Origin: Proteromonas lacertae
Lineage: Eukaryota
Length of the DNA: 52,265 bases
Direction of reading: 5' to 3'
NCBI GenBank assembly: GCA_002245135.1
Contig: NGBS01000041.1
Location: 1 to 52,265, forward strand
Part shown: piece by piece, positions 1-13,155 of the stretch
Numbering within the stretch: the stretch's first letter is position 1
How the letters are laid out: every line of letters begins with the position of its first letter
Made by a program: the position numbers and the translations under genes
Notes under the pieces: generated by a model
What the model saw: only the letters and a program-made list of their open reading frames with translations
Told to the model about the DNA's origin: nothing
Databases searched by the model: none

Positions 1-394
<394 letters not shown>

Positions 395-456
395 AACCCA
401 TACAAAACTAAAAAAATAATAATTAAATCTATTAATTTTAATAACCTAAATCTTCT

Positions 457-2126
457 CTAATATTTCTCATATATCAGAATATGTGATTCAGAACATCCAA
501 TCAGATTAGGATCAGCTGTACTTACATGTAGATCCTGTATCTCAAACCATTGTCTTGAAGCTTGATGATTAATATGAACATGATAAGTTCCCTCATTAAT
601 TGCATCAAAATCTTTTCTTCTCTTTACTTTTGTATCTCCAGCTATAGTTTCATGAGTTATGTTTGAAACTAAGTTGAATCTTGGACAATTTCTTTGCTAC
701 TTCATCTAATTGAATTGATTCAGGTAATTTAAATAAATCATTTTCACTCAAATCGAGATTAATTATTGGAAATTCTACAATGGTAGGATTTTTATCCATT
801 GTCCAAGAATTACGTTGAAATCTTTTAATTTGAAATATCAGATAACTATATATAATAATAATAATGACAATATATATACTTTGGTAATGTCAATATCTTA
901 TATTTCTTCTGAGATTGTTCTATCGAATTAATTGTAACAGTTTCACCATCATATTTCTTCAATACTGTCATTATATTTACCTTTGGTATTACATTACTCC
1001 CAGCTCTATCTTTAAACAAAGGAATAGGAGGAACATCCAACGTTAATAACATAAATGGAACAGTTAAAGTTTGTGTCTTGGATAATTCGTTTAATATATC
1101 ATCATATGTTTGATTTAATTTTCTCTTCATCTTATTGGATGCAGTTGTTGTTGTTGTTGTAACTTCTATTTTTCCTTGAAATATTTTGTGAATTATTGAT
1201 GTTTTGTTGCTGCTTTTATTTGTATTGTTATTGTTTGGTTCGATTAATCCTTCATGAAGTGTGTTTAATAACCATGTTAAGAATAAAGTAGAATCTTCTC
1301 TTTTACCTAAATTGAAGCGTTTTTTACTTACTATTGAACATTCTGTACAAAACTCATGAGGACCAACACAATTTTTGAAATTGTTTTTGTTCCAAATTCT
1401 TCGAATTAAACTGCCAAATGTATGAACTATACTACTCTATAAATAGATAATAGAATTTATATATATATAATACTTTACTATATGAATAATTATTTTTATC
1501 TAAAAAGAAGTTTCTCAATGGTTTTACTTGAGATAATGCATGAACTACACTGGTCATGTAGTCACTACATCCTAAGTCATTCATTCCAATATATCCTGGT
1601 AAATAAGCACTACCAAACTGATCGTGTGATAACTCAGTGTTGTTATCTATATTTTTGATTTCATCTTTGGTGAATTTTGGATCTAGTGCTTCTATTATGT
1701 CTTTTAGTGTGTTGTCGATTATTTCATAATTATCTGGTAGACAGTAAAATCTATTAATCGTAATTAAATAAAGAAATACTTTGTACTTTCGAAATTGAGA
1801 AAAATATGATGACCTTCTTGGACAGAGTGAGTATATGCATGAGTATTAATACCTCTTCCCTAATGACAATCAAGAAGAATAGTAATACTTGAAAATAAAC
1901 GCCACAAACCAAACATGCATAGACATTGTGTTTTGATAATGATATAGAACATTCCTAAGATTATATTGAAACTGTTTATACTCTCGGTAGATCAAAATCA
2001 AGAACATGTCTGTTAATTGTGTCCAAATAAGGACATTCTTTCCCACTAACAACAGCTATTCACATGATAAATATTTTAAATACCTATTTTATTTGATTTG
2101 ATTGGTGAATCTCTTTCTACTTCCAT
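457..2126 (-). CDS. USP39: U4/U6.U5 tri-snRNP protein USP39/Sad1 (ZnF-UBP plus inactive USP domain), about 6 short introns
   Basis: Manual splicing gives CPYLDTINRHVLDFD..CSISLSKHNVYACLVCGVYFQGRGINTHAYTHSVQEGHHIFLN..FYCLPDNYEI, FMLLTLDVPPIPLFKD, KNPTIVEFP, WFEIQDLHV and SESHILIYEKY*. One apparent 1-nt slip near 690. Confidence 0.93.
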
Positions 2127-2179
2127 TTTTTAAAAACCAAAAAGATCAAACCTCAGCTTGATTTGAAAATTGCATTTCA

Positions 2180-5100
2180 ATGACTTCTAGTCTAAAGAAG
2201 CAATTAGCAGCACTACAGTCAGTGCCATATTCATCAAAGAAGAGGGCTTCGATTCTTTATGATGAAAAAGAAGCTGTAGATATTGGTTTGGACCAATTAT
2301 ACAGAAATGCAAAACTAGCATTCTATGATCTGTGTGGATTGGAGCATCAGTTATCAGCATATGAATCAGTATTGTTTGATGAACCAAATGGATATCGTGC
2401 AAGAGGACAATACACAAATGATGAGAGTAAGAAGTTAAACGAGAACATTGAAACATTCCTATTCTATATGTCTCCTTATGCATTATTGCCACAAGCAAAA
2501 GCTGTATTAGAGTATTTCATCAGAAGATATGCTGTTAATGATTATGATGTAGATACTCTCATGAAAATCTACTTACCTTACCACGAAACGGATTTATTCC
2601 CAAAGATATTACAAATATCACAAATAGGCAACAACTCAATTTGGTCATTTTTATATGGAATAAAGAAAAGCAAATCAAACCTTCCTCGAACTGTTTTATC
2701 CAAGCAATGTTTGAAAGATCCAGCCTTTTTCCAATTTGTGTGTGAAATCCCTCAAAAAAATGATCGAAAAGAATGTAGTTTATAAACACATCCTTTCATT
2801 CTATGTTGCTGTGATTGGCGAAGCAATTTCAATTCCTCTTAAAAGTGATTCAGAAACATTTCTAAACACATTTTTACCATATTTAGTGAATGGATTAAAA
2901 TGTAAACAATGCAGTGAATATCAAGTATCATGTTATATTTTATTAGTTCAATTATTCTATTCATTTTCATTAACCAAATCAACATTAAAAACACTTATGA
3001 AGTTGATCATTAAATATATGAATGATGATTGTTTAATGATGGTATTACAGTGTTTAATTATAATGTATGATACTCAACATATAGTGAAAATCTCAAATAA
3101 AATAATTAAGAAATTAATGAAGAATCCACATATCAATGAAGTGTTGAAACAAATACATGATAAATATTATCCAAATTTAAAGAATCATTTACCATTGAAT
3201 AACCAAGAAAATGAAGAAGAAGATGATGATGATGAAGAAGAAAATAATAAAAAGAAAGAAGGAGAAGAAGATGAGAAAAACAAGAGAAAAGTAACAGGTG
3301 AACATTTTATATCTACATTATTATATGAAGTTGGAATAATTAAATCAGTTCAATCCAAAATGATATTCACTGTGATAAATAATGATAATAAAATACTATC
3401 CGTTATAGATAATCTATTTATTGATTTAGAATCTTATAAGAAAGCTGATCAAGAGAATTTATGCATTATCAAATCCAATTTATATTCAGAATTGATTAAA
3501 CAACCTAATTATGATTTCAACACCAATATTACTATCTTAATTCCACTTATTAATTTCATATTTACTTTAATATATCAAAGAGGAAATCACAAAACTGTCA
3601 AAGACATTGTATTGAAATTCTTATCTAATTTTAATATCTCATTATTTGAAGGTTGTAATAATGATAGTAGTAGTATCTATGATGATTTATTTAAGGTTAT
3701 TTCTATTAATATAATAAAGAATCCTCAGTTATATAGAGATATATTAGAATGTTGTAATTTACCTTCCTCTAATTGGATTGTTTTAATTTTATCATACTTT
3801 ATACTTCAAAATAAGAAAAATAATATTTCTGTCACTAGAAATGATAATGAATATGATTTTTATTTTGTTATTTATCAATTATTATGTAATGAAATTAATA
3901 ATATTGAAGTAATTGAAGGAGAAAGTAAAGAAATGGGAAAAGATGAAGATATTATGAAGAATATGATTAGATGTAATGATAATAGGCAGAAATTAGGAAT
4001 ATGTTTTATTATATTTAAAGAATTGATTGATTCTATACAATCACATATTGATTATGAAGGTGAAATGACAATATCAATAATCATATCCTATTTATTATCT
4101 ATTGAGAATAATACAATATATCAATTATATGAGAGTGAGATATATAATTTATTTGTAACAGTGTTGAATGATAGGAAGTATGATATTTTAAACACAATAC
4201 TTGTCAATCCATCAAGCCAAGCCTCACCTCAAGCTCAAATTCATTCTTTTCAAATGTATTACAAATTATTGAAATTGACTGATAAAAATACAATAGCAAT
4301 ATTACCATTAGCATTTGTATCATTATATCATAGTTCAAAACCGATTAGAAAATATTCGATTGAGATATTTAATGAATTATTACAATCTTCATCATCATCA
4401 CTATCAACAACAGCAGCAGTAGAAGCAACTCCATCAAGAAAGAAATCAACCAAAAAGTCAACTCAAAAGAAACAATATTCCAATTCAATACACCATTTTA
4501 TTGATATAATCATCAACAATAAAGAAGAAATAATAAATGCCAATAAAGGCATTAATATGGTATGTAAAAAGATATTTGGTGGTGGTGGTAAAGAGACACA
4601 GTTGTTGTTATCAGCCAATGAAATTGAAGAGGTTTTTGAAACACTATTTACTTCAATTATGAATGATAATTACTTAAGAATCTCATACTTATATTCTATA
4701 TTAGAAGATTGTGTATTTCCAAAGTCAGTATCATTATATTCAATTGAACTACTTAAGAGAATCATTGAAGATTGCAAAACTAATAAAATCAATCAGCAAG
4801 AAATTTCTGAAGAAATTTCTACCTGTTTCAAACATATCTCAAACCATTTATTCCAAATCAAGCCTGTAACGGATGAATTATTCGAACTGTATATTTCAAT
4901 AATAAAAGGAATAGAAGTGAATAATAATGTTTCTATAATTATACCAATTCTATTGGATAATTTTACCAATGAATTTTATTTATCACTTTCTATAGAACAA
5001 AGAATTGAGATATTTAATTCATTATTCTGTCTATTGAAGCATAATGATATTGTCTCCTCACAATTAGTATATTCAACCATTGGAAGATTCAAAATGGATT

Positions 5101-8072
5101 TATCCTATATAGAATCATGTTTTGAAAAGTTGGAAATCCTCGATGAAAATAACCTCTATGAATGGTTAAATAATGTTACTGTATACAATGAGATATTACG
5201 AAATAACGATGAAATGAAGAACTACACTCCATTACTCTCTCATTTATTCACTTATTTAGAGATACTACTTCCAATAATCTTAAAACAAGAGAATAATAGC
5301 AATGATGCTTCTATGGAATATACTTTACAAGCTATATTGGAGAATATATTGAATTATTCAGTTTATATCTTAGATATTAGTGAAAAGACAACAACTTCTA
5401 CTTCACAAACACCCTCCAAACGTAGAAAATCAATGAAAGACTCCAGTATATTCAATATTGAAATATTATTACAATATCTTCAAGAAAAGATCAATCCTCA
5501 ATCACGTAATACAACTCTATTAATCATTGGTACACTAGTAAGAGGAAAATATGATAAAATATTGAAAGATATCTATCCAACACTTGATAAAATGATAAAA
5601 TTGAATTTGTGTAATGATGTAGAAATCAATTATCATATTATCTTACAATTATTAAGAATGATAATGTCTACAATACAATCAAAGAATATGATTATTGAAT
5701 ATTTACAGCTATTTATTAATAATTATAACATTTACCCTGAAAATAGAAGATTATCATTCTTCAAATCAGTTGTGTCTATATTTACAGTGAGTAATCTATA
5801 TTGGACTCAATTGTTGTTTTATATTAATATTTATAATAATAACAATATCAATGATAATGATAAGAATGAGATTATATCATTTTTACACCAATTATCATCC
5901 AATTTTCCACCATTATATCAAGTATCTAATCTTTCACATTTATTATCAATATCTTATCAAATATTATTGAATTATTATCCAAATCTTAAAGATAATAATA
6001 ATAATAATAATAACGGTAATGATATAATAGAAAATGAAATACCAAATACTATTAAAACTCAATATTTAGATAAGATCAATATTGTCAATTTCATTACTGA
6101 TTTATTACACTTTGTTTCAGGTCATATGACTTCAGATATCTTCTTACAACAAATCATTGGAAATAATGAAATAGAAACTAAACAATTAGAAAAGGGATAT
6201 TTACAGATATGTGAAATTATATTCATATTAATAAGATGTATTGCTAATCAATGTAGTTTACCAATAACTGAACAACAAAAACAAAAAAGAAACGACTCTT
6301 TTTTACCAATTTTGAATTCCTGTTATGATATTATTGATACAATCAATGAATTACTTTCTATTCCTTCATTCATTGTAGTTATTTCAGAATTATTGAACAA
6401 CAGTCACAGTATAGTGAGAAAGAAAGCATTATTGTTTTTCAATAAAAAAATAGAATCTGAAGAAAATACAATGTCTCCACAAGAGCAGAAGCTATTCTTA
6501 GAAATGTTACCTGAACTATCAAAAGTAATACAAAACCAAAATGAAGAAATAATCAACAAACAAACTGCTATATTATCAATACATATTTTAGCTGAACATT
6601 TTGCTGATAAATATAATAATGAGTTTGTATCTTCCTTAGAAACAATAATTCAAGTTATTCAGAGTGAAATTAAGTCTAATAATAACAATAGACAATTAAT
6701 AGGAAGTTGTTATATTTGTCTAACTAGTTTATGCAAGTCATTAAAGACGAAAATATTGAAATATTTATCTCAGTTCTTCCCACACTTATTACAATTAATA
6801 AAACACTTTATAAACGAAGGAAATAATACCAATAATAAGCTATCTGATTCTTCATTATTATTACTTCAAAGTCTATTATCTTCTTTATCTTCAATAATTC
6901 AAAATATTCCATCATTTTTATCTCCTTATATTAAAGAAATATTAATGTCTATTTTAACACCTTATTTCATTAGAAATGATGATTTAATTAGTTATGTTCA
7001 GATTATATTGAAATTGATTGGTCAAAATATAGAGATTAGAGTTTTATATCCAATCTTAGATGAAATAAGTGAGAAAATATTGAAGTTGAAAGATTCAAAA
7101 TGTATTATCAATTTGTTGTATTTATTACAGAAGTTGTTTGAAAAACTATCCAAAGAAGATGTATTTTATTATCATAAATCATTATTTGATTATTTAATCA
7201 GATTTATGAACTATAGAACAATCAATAAACAACAACAACAACAACAACAACAAGATAATGAAGAAGAAAAGGATGATAAAATATATGAAACTGAAAAGTC
7301 TATTATTTCAACCATGATTGCATTTATATTAAAACTATCTGAAAGTCAATTAAGACCACTGTTTTTACATCTTTGTGAATGGTTTAAGAGTAACAATAAT
7401 AATGAAGGAGAAGTGATAGTTGAAATAAGAAGTGAAAGAGGAATAATATTCTACAACATGTTGGATGAAATAACACACAAGTTAAGATCAATATTTGTAC
7501 CATATTATGGTTATGTATTTGATGATATAATCAACGAATTAGAGTTTATATACAACAAATCTAAACATGAGAGATTAGATAGTGATACTTATATGTTATT
7601 AAAACAAATAATTAAATGTATTTGTAGTTGTGCTTTATATGATGATGAGAATAAATTCATTGACAAAGACAAATTTGAAGTTTTAAGAAGTTCGTTAATT
7701 AACACTATTGAAATAACAAATCTACCAAATAATGAGAATTATAATGATTATATTGATAATTATATAATTCCATGTGTATGTCAAGTTATTTTAGATGTTA
7801 ATGATGATATACAATGGAAACCTTTCCACCATGAATTACTTTTATTAACTCGATCTTCTGATGAAACGATTAAAGTGTCATCAGTGAAAGTTATAAGAGA
7901 ATGCTTTACTAGAGTGGGTGAACAGTATTTGATATTATTATCTGAGACAATGCCTTACTTATCTGAATTATTGGAGGATAATAATGAAGATGTTGAAAAT
8001 GAGAGTTTGAAATTGAAGCAGTGTATTGAAGATTTGTCTGGTGAATCGATTGATAGTTATTTGGTACAATAA
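2180..8072 (+). CDS. UTP10: U3 snoRNP/SSU processome HEAT-repeat protein UTP10/HEATR1 (ORFs 2180..2785 and 2736..8072 joined across a frameshift in the A7 run 2754-2760)
   Basis: N-terminal MTSSLKKQLAAL..RASILYD..LEYFIRRY..LPYHET; C-terminal BP28CT-like LKLSESQLRPLFLHL, LRSIFVPYY, and ETMPYLSELLED. Removing one A restores CCT CAA AAA ATG ATC. Confidence 0.93.
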
Positions 8073-8278
8073 ATACTTATTAAACCTTATATTGATTGAT
8101 TGTGTTGATTTGAACATCTCAAAAGAATTAGAAGATTCTATATGTCACATATATCCATAATAATACAGTAGAGTTAGACTTACTCAATATACACGTAAAA
8201 GAAGACTAATTTAAAAAAATAACTGATTTTGAACTTTGGGGATTTTTTTCACTAATTCAATTTATTCAATTCAACCTC

Positions 8279-9397
8279 ATGCATTTTTGTGTAAGTTGGC
8301 AAGTTCTTATTGTTATTCTATTTTATGGATCTCTATTTTTTATTTATCACATTAGCGTAGAAAAAGAAGAGGTTCGCAGCGGATTAGTAAATAGTAGCAA
8401 TTCAATCTATTATATATCTCAAAAATATTTCGATAAATATGATGCTGAGAGTAAAAATCGATGGAAGGATACGTCTGTTTGTCTGTTTGTTTCTTTATAT
8501 CACAAATCTCAAGGATACATATCAGCTGTTATGAATAACTATGATATATTTTGGCCATCCAATATTGGGAAGAAAGTAATACTATTGGACAAAGAGTCCG
8601 AGTATATGGAGTCATATATAACAAATAAGTGGGAAATTCATTATGAAGAATATAATGTAAATGGTGTTGTGAGAAGACAATACTCATCTTATATTGCTCA
8701 TAGATATTGTTCCCCTAACAAATTCATTGCTTTTATGGATTCTGATAGTATTTTTTCAATGAAAGTGGCAAAGTATATGTTATTTGATGAGAATAATAAA
8801 CCATACTTTCTGTATACGAAACAGATTAGATACAGAGAATGGAATCCATCAAAGTTGCTGAAGTTAATGTTAACTGAATGGGGAGATGGTATGATTACTT
8901 TTCCTGTGATAGTTTACACTGAACATATTGCTAGTTTATACAATTATCTTATCAAAATACATAATAATACACTAGAAAATATCATTGCTAAATATTATTC
9001 CAGTCAATTCTGTGTATTTTTAGAATATGTAAAACATTTTTATAAAAATGAATATAATTTCGCAGTGTATGAGGATAAGCCAATTCTAAGATGTGGTTTT
9101 CATGTTCCATATGCATATAATATCACCAAATTACAGATTCGAGATAAGGTGAAGTTATTCGATTTTAATGTTGTGATAAACACAATAACATATGATGGTT
9201 TATGTAGTATTTTTGTTGAGAAATATCCTCACAAATGTTCCAAGTACAATAGAGCTGTGTTTTATTATAGGTTCTATATAATAGATGACTTTAAACACTC
9301 ATTACCAGATTCATCTAAAAACGATATTTTGTTGTATAATCAATATAAAGACAGTATAATTACTACAGTTGATATGAAAACTGGAGGTAGATTGTAA
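8279..9397 (+). CDS. Putative type II membrane glycosyltransferase (GT-A fold-like), intronless
   Basis: N-terminal hydrophobic anchor (WQVLIVILFYGSLFFIY), a stem region, and a hydrophobic strand followed by DxD (FIAFMDSDSIF). Confidence 0.55.
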   Translation: MHFCVSWQVLIVILFYGSLFFIYHISVEKEEVRSGLVNSSNSIYYISQKYFDKYDAESKNRWKDTSVCLFVSLYHKSQGYISAVMNNYDIFWPSNIGKKVILLDKESEYMESYITNKWEIHYEEYNVNGVVRRQYSSYIAHRYCSPNKFIAFMDSDSIFSMKVAKYMLFDENNKPYFLYTKQIRYREWNPSKLLKLMLTEWGDGMITFPVIVYTEHIASLYNYLIKIHNNTLENIIAKYYSSQFCVFLEYVKHFYKNEYNFAVYEDKPILRCGFHVPYAYNITKLQIRDKVKLFDFNVVINTITYDGLCSIFVEKYPHKCSKYNRAVFYYRFYIIDDFKHSLPDSSKNDILLYNQYKDSIITTVDMKTGGRL

Positions 9398-9629
9398 ACA
9401 TAATATCGTGTCAATGTGATAATTCAAATATAATTCATCTGATTCCATCTAGTGAATATTTTGGTAATAATTTGGAATAATAAATATTGTCGTTATTTTT
9501 GTTTTGTTAGTGGTATAAATGATGTTTAAATCATCTTTTTAATATTCTGGTGCCTATAACTTGAACGAAAAATATTATATAGAGATTTATATATACAAAA
9601 AATGAAATTATCTTTTCAAACACCCAAAG

Positions 9630-11172
9630 ATGTTTTCTATCAATTCTTTCATAGACAATGCATTATTTTCACAATTTTCACAAAACATTGTTGTATTTTG
9701 ACAATTTTCTATTGAATAGATAAATGAAAGAAAAGAAAAGAGTGCTTGTGAAGTAGATTTGGTAGTAAAACATGAAAATGATATAGAAATGGTAAAAGTG
9801 TTAAACATTACTGGAATAAAAGAAAAAGTAATATTAAAATTCTTTGAAAATAGCTCAATGTTGAATGAGAGTTATTTATCCTTTATCTGTCCATGTAGAA
9901 TATTTCAGATAGATAATTACATTGATTATGCCATAATATCAAGAGGATATTATGATAATGATTTAGAAGGTGTTATTCAGAGTAAATCCATTTCTTATAG
10001 TCATATTTCTTCAATAACCATTTCATTGTGTGATGCATTGATGACATTAAGTGAATGTGAAGTAGTAGTGAGTAATTTGAAGAGTAGTAACATAATATGT
10101 GAAGAAGATTGTGATATAAAGTTATGTGATTTATATTTAGATACATTAAGAAAAAGAGAAGAAATGAGAATATATAATATATGCTTCAAAAGCCCAGAAG
10201 AGTTGAATGGATATGAAGTGAATGAGAAAAGTGTGATTTGGTCAATTGGTTGTATATTATATGAAATGATAAACAAGAAATTACCATTTAATGAAGATAA
10301 TAATATGTTTAAGACAATGAATAATATATTGAGATGTACATATAAAAAAGATATAATAAAAGATAAGGTAATGAAAGTGATGGTTGAAGGAATGTTGATA
10401 GTGAAGAATGAAGATAGAATGAGTTTAAAAGAGTTGAGAAAAGAAATGATAAAAATGAGTGTTGTACAAAGAGATGAAAATAACAATATGATAATATTGA
10501 AAGAAAGAAAAGAAATGCTATTCAATAATGATTATGGAACTGATATATTCACATTTAATATAAAAATTAACTACTATTTTCATACTGATAGAATAAAAAG
10601 TATAATATAATTATTATTATTTAAATAGAAATTCGAGATGATATAATAGAATTGTACAACAATAAACCAAATGAAAATATATTAGCAGTATTGTTGATAA
10701 TGAAATTTGGAACATTTGATAGATATTTTTCAGACAGATATGGTAGATATATAACCGATAAATTGATGTATCAATATAATCACAAGTGTGAAGAAGATAG
10801 AGAATGTTATTTAGATAAGAAGTTATTCAATTTTTATACTGATTGGTATGATAAAGAAAGAATTACTCTTGATTCAGCGTGTATATGTATGTGTGAAGAA
10901 GGAATTAATTTTGTATTCAAATTGTTGGGAATTATGAATGTTACAAAACTTTCATTTCGTATAATTCTTATCATTTTTAATTTGTTTTTAGATAGTTATT
11001 ACAATGCAATTGTTATTCCACTGCAATATCAGTCATTATTTGGAAGATATATTTCTCAATTATCGAATCTACAGGAGTTGTATTTATCAAAATGTGGTGC
11101 TACATATGATTTAATTGAAGAGTTGATGAAGTCAATTGAGTTGATGAAATTGAATCTTTTAGATCTTGGATG

Positions 11173-11230
<58 letters not shown>

Positions 11231-13080
11231 GTAATAATGAAATAGCTAATCCAATTGGTCCAAAAGGATTCAAACTGTTAGTTCCTCATTTACAGTTGTT
11301 AATCTGTAAAGACAATGTATTGAATCTTAAAAGAATGGATTTGAATGATGAATCAATGATATTATTATCAGAGGAATTATACAAATATCCGAATCTTAAG
11401 AAAATATGTATTAGAAAAAACCAAAATATTCATTCAAAAGGATTAAAATCATTATTCTCTAAATTTCCTATTTCAAAGGTGGAATTTGATTTTAATGGAA
11501 GTAAAGAATTGCTAATTGATAAAGATATTCCAGAATTAGTCAAATATATAAAGGATAGATATAAGAGGTTATATTTGAGTGATTTAGAAATGGGTGACAA
11601 GTTATTCAAGTCATTCATTTCTCTAAGATCATATGAATTTAAAGATATAAAATGGATTGATTTACAAAGTATAATATAATTAATTTCATATTGTTTAGAT
11701 AATAAACTAACCTTTAAAAGTATGGAATTATTAGCTAATAATATTTCTTCATTTTCAAGTCTTAAGACATTTTGGCTATATGGAAATGAGATAGGAGATT
11801 TAGGAATGAACATATTTTCTCCACATTTACATTTATTATCTGATGTGGATGATATTATTAATTGTAAAAGTATAATAATAATAATTATTATTATTTAATA
11901 TTGAATAGAAATGGGATTTTCTTCAACCGGATTTACATATTTACTGAAAGGAACAAAAACTACATTTGGTAAAATTAAAAAACTTAATGTTTCATACAAT
12001 AATATTGATTCGAAAGGGATAGAACATCTAAATTCTTTTTTAAAGAAAAAAAACAATATTGAAAGGATAATCATTCATAGTATATATATACTTATTTCGA
12101 TAATTGTTTTTTTAATAGATAATCCTATTGGTAATGTAGGACTTAAGTTATTGTTGGACAATTCTAAAATAGTAGTTATCGATGAAAAAATGAATTTGAG
12201 TAATATTTCAATAGATGATGAAGGTGTAAAATTATTAACAAATAAAATGAAATCACTTAAGCAATGTTACAGAATAGTGTTAAATGGGAATGATGTTAGT
12301 TTTAATGGATTAAAATCAATATGTGAAAAATCGTTAGAAAAAGAAAAATATCCGTTTATAGAAATGAAATCATTATCCTGGACAAAAGAGGAATTGGAAT
12401 ATTATGTGGATTATTGTATAAAAAAGGAATATGGAGGAGATTATGATTTTTCTAGTATAAATATTGTTTTATAATGAGATAGATCTAAACCTCAACGATT
12501 CGCATATAGCATTAATGAAACAGATTGATTATTGTGAAATTGATTTATCCAATAATAAGATTACTTCCAAAGGATTAAAAGAGTTATTAGAAAAAATAAA
12601 AGAAGATACTGTAGAATATATTTCAATATATAATAATAATGAAATTGGAGATGAAGGAGTAGAAAAAATATCTGAATATTTAGATAAGTTTATGAAGGTA
12701 GAAATGAATGATGATAATAGACAATCTAAATCATTAAATCTCTCCAGTATTTACTTTTTTTCTATTAAATTCGAATAGATATTGGAATGAGTGAAAAGGG
12801 ATTTAGAATGTTAATAAAAAAGAGAAGCATGTTTTATCCATTAAGAGAGATGTATTTAGAAGGAAATGAGTTTAATGAGAATATGTTGAAATTAATGAAA
12901 GATAACAAAGAAATTTTCAGTAATTTGGATATAATGTCAATAACATTGAAAGAGAATATTGATATGTCAGTATTAAAAGAGTTCTTACAATCATTTCGTG
13001 TAGTTGACATTATTAAATTGACTGGAATTTCTGAAGAACAAAAGAAAGATTTATCAACACAATTCTATAATATAGAGTAA
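9630..13080 (+). CDS. Multi-exon kinase-like (predicted pseudokinase) plus ribonuclease-inhibitor-type LRR protein
   Basis: The ATG at 9630 is in frame with ORF 9759 across a 27-nt intron (9693-9719). Kinase C-lobe motifs: NLKSSNI, KLCD, SPEE, IWSIGCILYEM. Following ORF pieces carry LxxLxLxxNxIxxxG repeats (NPIGPKG, NEIGDLG, NNIDSKG, NEIGDEG) and are linked by GTAT..TAG introns. Confidence 0.8.
11176..11226. repeat. (TA)n microsatellite inside an intron of the kinase-LRR gene
   Basis: About 25 TA units between a GTAT donor (~11172) and a ..AAATAG acceptor (~11245). Similar tracts at ~21350-21380, 23409-23428, 26593-26613, 44001-44028 and 44260-44273. Confidence 0.95.
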
Positions 13081-13155
13081 ATGATTATTTTTATTATATT
13101 TTATTTTTAAACAAAAATTATAGGATAATATAATAAATTCATTTATATAAAAAAA

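Noticed and set aside
2750..2790. Programmed ribosomal frameshift in UTP10 at the A7 run
   Set aside because: Similar 1-nt homopolymer slips occur in TS (~290), USP39 (~690) and the AAA gene (~38300). Assembly error is simpler for essential genes. Raw reads would settle it.
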